Assembly (NCBI GenBank): GCA_964467385.1
Contig: CAYXQC010000004.1
Coordinates: 9,429 to 73,428 of the forward strand
Origin: an uncultured Candidatus Saccharibacteria bacterium
Lineage (GTDB): Bacteria; Patescibacteriota; Minisyncoccia; Phycocordibacterales; CAIZLB01
Direction of reading: 5' to 3'
Length of the DNA stretch: 64,000 nt
In this document: in pieces, positions 6,043 to 13,819 of the stretch
Numbering within the stretch: position 1 is the first letter of the stretch
Layout of the letters: every line of letters begins with the position of its first letter
Translations under genes and position numbers: made by a program
Notes under the pieces: generated by a model
What the model was told of the DNA's origin: nothing
Databases searched by the model: none
The model's input: the letters and a program-made list of their open reading frames with translations, nothing else

Positions 6043-6489
6043 ATGGAACAAAAACTTGCTGAAGCAATCAGAAAAGCGTTGCTAGAAAACGGAATCGTCT
6101 TTTCGGAGGAGAACCCACTCGAGGTTCGTCTCCGTACTGCCAACGGAAGTATGGATACTCGTATTGCTTTCCCGGCAGTAACGCTAGGGAAAAATCTTGA
6201 AGATCTGATGGCTGTTGAAATTTCAACTCTCGGACTTGGAACGATCACTTGCAATACTTTAAAAGGTATGGGTATGGATACGGTAGGTGATGTACTCAAT
6301 CGAGTTGCAAAAGAAGGTTATCGCGAATTGATGCGTCAACGCCGCTTTGCAAAGAAAGGGTTCTATAATCTCCGTTCCGCGCTTTGGGATCTTGGCCTTA
6401 CCCTCGACAGTAATTGGAAAGTGCTGGATTACCTCCATCAAGATCGCGAATGGGAATCACGATTTCCATACTCTGTACGAGCGAGGTAA
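6043..6489 (+). CDS. Stand-alone RNA polymerase alpha-CTD-like domain protein
   Basis: VEISTLGLGTITCNTLKGMGMDTVGDVL..FAKKGFYNLRSALWDLGL aligns with this genome's RpoA TRIESIDLSQRTANALVNANIRTVGGLI..LGSKGVEEIKVALETLGL. Confidence 0.75.
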   Translation: MEQKLAEAIRKALLENGIVFSEENPLEVRLRTANGSMDTRIAFPAVTLGKNLEDLMAVEISTLGLGTITCNTLKGMGMDTVGDVLNRVAKEGYRELMRQRRFAKKGFYNLRSALWDLGLTLDSNWKVLDYLHQDREWESRFPYSVRAR

Positions 6490-6568
6490 AAAGGCTAGCC
6501 AAAGTAGACAGGATTAATGCAGGATCGAAATCGTTGAACATCGTGATCGTTTCATAATGTTCGAACTC

Positions 6569-6600
6569 AACCCACCACTCTGAAAAGTGTGGTGGGTTTT
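6569..6600 (+). terminator. Terminator after the alpha-CTD-like gene
   Basis: AACCCACCAC/GTGGTGGGTT plus T run. Confidence 0.75.
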
Positions 6601-6913
6601 AATTTTAATACTTTATGTAAAAAAATAAAAATAAACCCCACACACCCGTAGCTTTTGTGTGGTCTATTCAGATAGTTCAAAAAATGGGAAATAAAAGGAA
6701 CAAAATTACTGTCGATTTTACACAAAAAACACAAAATTGACTCGTAATAAAACTGATTGATCAAACAAAATCAATCTAATGAACAAACGACTAGTCCAAT
6801 TGTGACTAGTCTGTTTTATTTTTAGATATGAATTTTTGATGAATAGGGTATATTCACAGACATATTTTTATGTGCTGTATTGCATTTTAGCTATAAAAAA
6901 GCTCACTTTTTTA

Positions 6914-6942
6914 TTGACGCTCGTATGGGCGAGGAGTAGTCT
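6914..6942 (+). promoter_or_regulatory. sigma70 promoter of the large surface protein gene
   Basis: TTGACG-N17-TAGTCT; boxA-like GTTCTTTAAC at 6967-6976. Confidence 0.55.
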
Positions 6943-7007
6943 ATGGGTACCTTAACAACCAGACAGGTTCTTTAACGAACCTGCAATATTTACTGCCTAA
7001 ATTTTTT

Positions 7008-10000
7008 ATGCAAAAACCAAACATACAAACATCCCTTTTAGTAGCCTTGCTTTTAAGTTTAAGTATATTTTTACCAAGTGAACTTTCTGCTGCAACAACA
7101 GGTGCAACGAGCGGAACTAGTTTTTCTAACAATGCAGGAGGCACAGTTGCATGGAGCAATCTTTCAAATGCAACAAGTTCAGATAGCAATTATGTAACTG
7201 CTGGTTTAAATAGTGGTGGTAATCAAACTACACAAAAATTTAGAGCAACTGGATTCAATTTTAACATTCCTTCTAATGCTGTTGTAACGGGTATCGAAGT
7301 CACTGCTGAATATTCTGCTTCAAGCGCGAGTAAAATTGCAAGTTCAACTGTACAACTCGTAAAAGGCGGAACTACAATCACTGCCTATACTGGTAGCACA
7401 AGTGCTGTATGGACTACAACTAATACAACCTCTACATATGGAGGAACAAATCAACTTTGGGGTACCACATGGACAGCTACTGATATAAATGCTTCGAACT
7501 TCGGGGTAGAGTTCTCGACTCGATATAATACAGCATTTACTGGGGCGGTAACGGCTCAGCTTGATCAACTTTCTATAAAGGTCTACTATACGGCTCTTCC
7601 TCTTATCTCTGTTACTTCAAACATCTCAACCTCAACTCTGACGAATCAAGATATTACTATTACAGCCACTTCAACTGCTAATAGTACCCTAAACGCCACT
7701 TCACATATCTTCACAGAAAACGGCTCATTCGACTTCGTGGCGACTAATGTTGATGGTACAGCTACTACTACAGTAACTATTACAAACATCGACAAAGAGG
7801 CACCAGTTATCGCATCTTCTGTAGATATTGAAAATATTGAGGCAACTTCAGTATCAGGAGCTACTGTAACTTATACAACTCCAGCTATTACTGATAACAA
7901 CTCTGGAGCTACGGTTTCATGTCTCCCAGCTTCTGGATCTACTTTTGCACTTGGAACTACAGGTGTGATCTGTAATGGTTCAGATGTTGCAGGCAACTCT
8001 GCTACTTCAACTACATTCAATGTAACTGTGGTTGATACAACTTCACCTGTCATTGTATTGATTGGTGCTGATCCTCTTTCTGTAGAAGCTGGTACAGTCT
8101 TCGTTGACCCAGGGGCCACAGCAATAGATGCAAGTGGTGACTTTGCTGCCACATCAACAAATAACGTCGATACAGGAACTCTAGGGATATATACAGTGAC
8201 ATACACTGCCACTGATGCATCAGGAAACAGTGCTTCATCTACTACTCGAACAGTAAATGTGGTAGACACAACAGCACCTGCTGCACCAACTGCTGTATCA
8301 CCAATTGCAAATGCAATTCTTACTTCATCAGCACTCACTGTGCTTGATTGGAGTGATGTGGCTGATTTCTCATCACCAGTAACATATGCATACCAGCTCT
8401 CAAATTCAAATGCTACTAACCTAGACGGAACATTCGTTACTCCGATCGCTTCAGGAAGCACACTTACTACATCTGAAGCCTCAACGACTCTTGCGACAGA
8501 GGGTGACTATTACTACATTGCTCAGGCAACAGATGCACAGCTCAATGCTGGCCTTTGGATGTCTCCGGTTAAATTTACAATCGACAATACCGCACCTGCA
8601 ATTACAGTCACTGGCTCAAGCAGTATGACAGTAGAAGGTGGCTCAGTGTACGCAGACGATGGAGCTACAGCTCTTGATACGGTTGATGGACCAGTTTCAG
8701 TTTCATCATCAGGCAGTGTTGATACATCAATCACAGGCACATACACAATTACCTATACTGCAACAGATACAGCTGGAAATACTGCTACATCTACTCGATC
8801 TATTGAAGTAGTGGATACAACATCTCCTGTCATCACTCTTCTTGGCTCTGATCCCGTAACCATCGAAGCGGGTTCAACATATACAGATGCTGGAGCTACA
8901 GTGTCTGACAATATCTCTACTCCAATCACTGCAACAGCTTCAGGAACAGTTTCAACATTCGTAGTTGGAACATATGTGATCGAATACAATGCAGTTGATG
9001 GATCTGGAAATGTGGCCGCAACGGTTACTCGAACAGTAAACGTAGTAGACACAACGGCACCAGTTATAAACATCACTGGTCAGAATCCAAATATTGTAAC
9101 TATTAACAATGTATATGTAGACTCTGGTGCAACAGCTAGCGATCTTGTTGACGGAATCATCACTGTAACTTCAACAAGCACAGTTGATACAGCAACTCTT
9201 GGTACATATGCGGTGACATATTTTGCAACTGACTTGAGTGGTAATACAACTTCAGCTTCTCGATCAGTTATCGTTATTCCTCCAGACACAACAGCACCAG
9301 TTATCACAATCCTCGGCACAAATCCTCTTACAATCGAAGGTGGATCACTCTATATCGATGCCGGAGCAACAGCTCTTGATAACGTGAATGGAAATCTCAC
9401 AAGTTCAATCGTGACAGTCAATGGTGTAATAGCTACTTCAACAGGTTCATACACTGTGACTTACGATGTGTCTGACGGGGCAGGAAATCCTGCGACACAA
9501 GGCGTTCGAAATGTAACTGTAGTAGATACAACTGCACCAGTTCTCACAGTAAATGGTACAAATCCACTCACACTTCACATCGGTGATACATACACAGAGC
9601 TCGGTGCAACAGCTACAGATGCAGTTGATCAAGCGGTAGTGGTAGTAGTTGGTGGTGACATTGTTACAACAACAGCAACTTCAACATTCGTGGTGAGCTA
9701 TACAGCATCAGATGCATCAGGAAATCCTGCAATCCCAGTATCACGAACAGTGTATGTGGTTGATATAGCAGTACCAATCATCACAATCGTAGGTTCAAGC
9801 ACCGTTGATGTTGAATACGGCTCAGTGTATACAGATGCCGGAGCAACAGCGCTTGATGACGCTGATGGTGATATCTCTGCAAACATTGTAACTTCAGGAA
9901 GTGTAAACACATCAGCTCTCGGTGCATACACACTTTCATATGATGTATCAGACTCATCAGGAAATGCTGCAATTACCACAAACCGAACAGTAAATGTGGT

Positions 10001-10847
10001 GGATACGACAGCTCCAGTGGTGACAGTAACAGGTAGCTCAACAGTTGTACTCACGGTTGGTGACACGTACACAGAAGATGGAGCAACAGCTACAGATGCA
10101 GTTGATGGTTCACTTATAGTAACGACAACAGGAACAGTAGATACAAATACAGTTGGTACATACACACTTGTTTACTCTGCTACAGATCTTAGTGGCAACA
10201 CCGGCACATCAAGCCGAGACGTGATTGTAAATGCTGCTCCAGATACAACGGCGCCAATCATTACAATCCTTGGTACAAATCCTGTAACAATCACAGTCGG
10301 TGGTGTATTCACTGATGAAGGGGCAACTTCAACTGATAATGTTGATGTAAATCTTCCAATCACAGCTTCAAGCACGGTAAACACAAGCGTAGTCGGTACA
10401 TACACAGTGACATACAACACAACTGACAATTCAGGTAATGCTGCTATTCCAATGGTTCGAACAGTAAACGTGGTAGCGGCTACTGAAACAACTACACAGA
10501 CTCAGCAAGGTCAGACAGGTGGAGGAGGCGCACCAGTGGCACTCTTCACTAATTCAGGAGCAAATGGAGGTTCAAATAATGGTGCAGGTAACAATGGGGC
10601 AGCTGGAGTAGTACTCGGTGAAGCAACATTCCAATTCACAAAAAATCTTGGTCTTGGTTCAAGAGGAAATGATGTGATTGAACTCCAGAAGCGACTTAAG
10701 GCAGAAGGATTCTTTAAGTTCAATGTAACAACAGGATTCTTCGGTCCAGTGACACTTCAGGCGGTCAAGGCATACCAGATCGCTCACGGTATTAAGCCAG
10801 TATCAGGATTCGTAGGTGTACTTACTCGAGCGGAACTCAATAAGTAA
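7008..10847 (+). CDS. Secreted surface protein with HYR and ~9 DUF5011-type Ig-like repeats and a C-terminal peptidoglycan-binding domain
   Basis: Signal peptide; repeated DTTAPVITxxG..YxDxGATAxD..GTYTVTY..RTVNVV; LGLGSRGNDVIELQKRL..TGFFGPVTLQAVKAYQ. Confidence 0.88.
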   Translation: MQKPNIQTSLLVALLLSLSIFLPSELSAATTGATSGTSFSNNAGGTVAWSNLSNATSSDSNYVTAGLNSGGNQTTQKFRATGFNFNIPSNAVVTGIEVTAEYSASSASKIASSTVQLVKGGTTITAYTGSTSAVWTTTNTTSTYGGTNQLWGTTWTATDINASNFGVEFSTRYNTAFTGAVTAQLDQLSIKVYYTALPLISVTSNISTSTLTNQDITITATSTANSTLNATSHIFTENGSFDFVATNVDGTATTTVTITNIDKEAPVIASSVDIENIEATSVSGATVTYTTPAITDNNSGATVSCLPASGSTFALGTTGVICNGSDVAGNSATSTTFNVTVVDTTSPVIVLIGADPLSVEAGTVFVDPGATAIDASGDFAATSTNNVDTGTLGIYTVTYTATDASGNSASSTTRTVNVVDTTAPAAPTAVSPIANAILTSSALTVLDWSDVADFSSPVTYAYQLSNSNATNLDGTFVTPIASGSTLTTSEASTTLATEGDYYYIAQATDAQLNAGLWMSPVKFTIDNTAPAITVTGSSSMTVEGGSVYADDGATALDTVDGPVSVSSSGSVDTSITGTYTITYTATDTAGNTATSTRSIEVVDTTSPVITLLGSDPVTIEAGSTYTDAGATVSDNISTPITATASGTVSTFVVGTYVIEYNAVDGSGNVAATVTRTVNVVDTTAPVINITGQNPNIVTINNVYVDSGATASDLVDGIITVTSTSTVDTATLGTYAVTYFATDLSGNTTSASRSVIVIPPDTTAPVITILGTNPLTIEGGSLYIDAGATALDNVNGNLTSSIVTVNGVIATSTGSYTVTYDVSDGAGNPATQGVRNVTVVDTTAPVLTVNGTNPLTLHIGDTYTELGATATDAVDQAVVVVVGGDIVTTTATSTFVVSYTASDASGNPAIPVSRTVYVVDIAVPIITIVGSSTVDVEYGSVYTDAGATALDDADGDISANIVTSGSVNTSALGAYTLSYDVSDSSGNAAITTNRTVNVVDTTAPVVTVTGSSTVVLTVGDTYTEDGATATDAVDGSLIVTTTGTVDTNTVGTYTLVYSATDLSGNTGTSSRDVIVNAAPDTTAPIITILGTNPVTITVGGVFTDEGATSTDNVDVNLPITASSTVNTSVVGTYTVTYNTTDNSGNAAIPMVRTVNVVAATETTTQTQQGQTGGGGAPVALFTNSGANGGSNNGAGNNGAAGVVLGEATFQFTKNLGLGSRGNDVIELQKRLKAEGFFKFNVTTGFFGPVTLQAVKAYQIAHGIKPVSGFVGVLTRAELNK

Positions 10848-10906
10848 AGTAAGTAGGTAAAATTTTAGATAGGTGAGTTGGTGCGGTGAACAATGCTGGA
10901 AAATTT

Positions 10907-10945
10907 TACAAAGGATCACTCAAATCTGGGTGGTCTTTTGTATTT
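10907..10945 (+). terminator. Terminator
   Basis: TACAAAGGATCACTCA/TGGGTGGTCTTTTGTA. Confidence 0.7.
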
Positions 10946-11009
10946 GTAAAAAGTGTTGTATTATAATAGGCGTTAAGTATAGGCATGTATATACCTTTAT
11001 CTATTATCT

Positions 11010-12086
11010 ATGTGGCATAAGATTAAACACTATCTAGTTCAAACTGAGGAAAATAAACACAATCCGCACCTTCTACGATCGGAAATCTTGGCTGTGTTTT
11101 TGGTTCTAATTGTTGGACTGCAAGTTGTTTTTTTCTCTGGAATTTTGACACGAACTATTGCCTCATTTGCAAATATGATGGCAAGTGTTTTACCTGGGGT
11201 TCTCAGTCTTGAAACGAATGAATATCGTCACGGTCGAAGTATCTCTGAACTGCGCATGAGTCCTATTCTTGCCGAAGCTGCAAAATTGAAAGCAGAGGAT
11301 ATGGCACGCCGTGGATATTTCTCACATACTGGTCCAGATGGTGAAAAGCCTTGGGTCTGGCTACAAAAAGTTGGGTATGTGTATACATATGCGGGTGAAA
11401 ATCTAGCAGTAAACTTCGTCGATTCAAGCGATGTTACAAAGGCTTGGATAAATTCTCCAAAACATAAAGCTAATCTTGAGAATTCTAATTTTAAAGAAAT
11501 TGGTATCGGGACGGCTGAAGGGGAATATGAAGGAAAAATGACTACATATGTTGTGCAATTTTTTGCTACACCTGCAGAAGCTGAGAGCGTACCTGCTACG
11601 CCAGTTGCTACTACCATAACTGTAGCCGCGACTTCTACATCTATGGCCAATTCTGGCAAGCGAATCACAACTGCTTCATCGACAATTGCAACGTCAACAG
11701 TTTTGGCAACTACAGCGAGCACCTCAACAGGAAGCTCTACATCAGAAGTACTTGGTGTCTACACAACAGATACACCTATTGATACTTCCAGTGCTCGTAA
11801 TGGCGAAAATTCAGCAAATATGGCCTATGTAGAGGCTGTATCTCATCCGCGAGACTTTGCTCGAAATCTATTTATCGCAATAAGTACATTTCTTCTCCTG
11901 GTTCTTGGTTTTTCTATCATCCATCGAGCTATTTCACTAGGTGAAGCGCCATTTTTGCAGAGAATTACTGTGGGATTTAGGGCACATCGTAAGCATATTC
12001 TCGAAGTGATTTGTGTAATTCTTGCAATAGGCCTTATTTGGACTATTTTTGGCTATATTTCAGCGGGAATGGTTGCTGTTTCATAA
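11010..12086 (+). CDS. Membrane-anchored CAP/SCP domain protein
   Basis: AAKLKAEDMARRGYFSH, AGENLA, AWINSPKHKANL motifs; TM segments. Confidence 0.9.
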   Translation: MWHKIKHYLVQTEENKHNPHLLRSEILAVFLVLIVGLQVVFFSGILTRTIASFANMMASVLPGVLSLETNEYRHGRSISELRMSPILAEAAKLKAEDMARRGYFSHTGPDGEKPWVWLQKVGYVYTYAGENLAVNFVDSSDVTKAWINSPKHKANLENSNFKEIGIGTAEGEYEGKMTTYVVQFFATPAEAESVPATPVATTITVAATSTSMANSGKRITTASSTIATSTVLATTASTSTGSSTSEVLGVYTTDTPIDTSSARNGENSANMAYVEAVSHPRDFARNLFIAISTFLLLVLGFSIIHRAISLGEAPFLQRITVGFRAHRKHILEVICVILAIGLIWTIFGYISAGMVAVS

Positions 12087-12305
12087 ATCATCTTCTTCCT
12101 TGCATGAGAACAGAGAATATCTGCTGATATTTTCCTCTATTCGCTGCAGCTCATTAGTCTCAAGCAAATCATCAGATAATTTATTCAATAAGATAGCCAA
12201 AATCAAAGCTGATTTTAAACAAAATATTGACAAAAATTTGTTTCATCTCGCTGTGTATTTTTTAAGTGTTTTTTTGGTAAGAAAATATACCTACGCGCGG
12301 CAGAA

Positions 12306-12486
12306 TATGTGACATCAATCCGTTGCCTTAACATTGATTTTCACACGGGAGCATCCAAGCATTAGCGACCGATGAGTGCTTAATTGCGTTCTGACCCACT
12401 AAGCGAATGCACCCACTTTATATCTTCGTATAGGTAGCCATTGATTCGCAAACACAATCCGCTTTGACGGGTTGTTTTGTTTTTTT
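12306..12486 (+). ncRNA. Candidate structured non-coding RNA
   Basis: Three consecutive hairpins, then ACAATCCG/CGGGTTGT terminator plus T run; no convincing ORF. Confidence 0.35.
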
Positions 12487-12596
12487 GACAATAGTCACAT
12501 TGTGTCGTAATATTTTCGAGTTCTACAAAGGACATTGAAAAATAAAAGCCAAAAAACCAGCAACAACGACTTTTAACCCATAAGGAAGGAATTCAA

Positions 12597-13013
12597 ATGC
12601 TTAAAAATGCAGAAAGTGAAAGAGGAAAAACTGAGGAAAAGCCCAAAAAGCGGATCCTGATCGTGGAGGACAATGAACGGATTGGTGAAACGATGGAGTG
12701 GTTTTGCGGAATCCAGCTGGGCTTCGTAGTGGCGTGGGTAAAGACTCGGAGAAATGCCTCTCGTCACATCAACATGAAAGGTCCTTGGGATTGCGTCATT
12801 CTCGACGGATGTCTTGAGGGTTTGGAACCTGATACGTTGTATTTGATCCCTGTGATCAAGGCAACATCCCCAAACTGCGTGATCATTGCCAACTCGAACG
12901 ACCTGCATGTTTCTGACCGGCTGATGGCTGAAGGTTGTCACCTCCGTTTTCCGAGCAAGGATGATTTCAATCAATTCTTCCGCAAGTTCTGCGAGGAGAA
13001 AGGTTGGACCTGA
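12597..13013 (+). CDS. Stand-alone response regulator receiver domain
   Basis: ILIVEDN, DCVILDG, IIANS, terminal K; promoter TTGACA-N17-TAATAT at 12485-12513; terminator at 13047-13077. Confidence 0.8.
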   Translation: MLKNAESERGKTEEKPKKRILIVEDNERIGETMEWFCGIQLGFVVAWVKTRRNASRHINMKGPWDCVILDGCLEGLEPDTLYLIPVIKATSPNCVIIANSNDLHVSDRLMAEGCHLRFPSKDDFNQFFRKFCEEKGWT

Positions 13014-13189
13014 TCTCTGGTCATCAATAACGCGGATTCGAACCGCAGCGCGCATCTTCATCGGTGCGCGTTTTTTTATTTTAAAATAGATTTTCATATT
13101 GGATTTGACGGATTTCAGATGGTGCGTATCCTGTACTTGATACGAAAGCACATCTGCCTAGTATCAAAACAAGCCATTTTGAGAAGATC

Positions 13190-13384
13190 ATGGAAGAAGG
13201 AAACAGAGGGTTTTTCACCAAGAACAATGTTAAGTACGGTGAAATCGGTAAAGTCTACGAGGATTTCACCAAAAACTGTCCACGACAGATTCCGATTGAA
13301 TCAGAGACCATCAAGGATCCCAACGGTGACACTTTTATGGTCAAGATTCTCTGGGAAACTGCTGATTTCAGTAAGAACTCATGA
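13190..13384 (+). CDS. Small hypothetical protein (64 aa)
   Basis: Own promoter (TTGACG-N16-TATCCT, 13105-13132) and terminator (13408-13441). Confidence 0.55.
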   Translation: MEEGNRGFFTKNNVKYGEIGKVYEDFTKNCPRQIPIESETIKDPNGDTFMVKILWETADFSKNS

Positions 13385-13690
13385 GGTTATCATTGGGATC
13401 AATCCACAGCGCCGACCTCTACAAAGGTACGGCGCTTTTTTATTTGCAATTTCGTTTATTATTCGAAATTATTTCATAATAGTGCACAAACGACCAAAAT
13501 TTCATCAAAAATCTCTAAAAAATAAATCAAAAAATAATAAAATAGTCTAAAGAAAAATCTATAAATGAGCCGACACAAATTGTCGTAAAACTTATCCTAA
13601 AATACGACACAAAATATCAGGTTTTTAGAGTTGCATTTGCATCAATTTTAAAATCGTTTTGCAGTAGCAATTTTCATCAATTTTTTGTAA

Positions 13691-13699
13691 TTATCCACA
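13691..13699 (+). promoter_or_regulatory. DnaA box upstream of nrdA
   Basis: Perfect TTATCCACA. Confidence 0.5.
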
Positions 13700-13819
13700 A
13701 GTCACACATTCGAAAAAGGTGTAAAATTTTACCCACGAGGCAATTTGGCCAATTTTAGTTGAGCGAGATAGTGTGTTGCTTCATTATAAAAACTTATCAA
13801 ACCTTAGACCTTTCGTCGT

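Noticed and set aside
7871-10723. Series of minus-strand ORFs within the surface protein gene
   Set aside because: Antisense shadows of a repetitive Thr/Val-rich coding sequence.
12573-13550. ORFs 12573-13151 (-) and 13119-13550 (+)
   Set aside because: They overlap better-supported genes and run through terminators and promoters.
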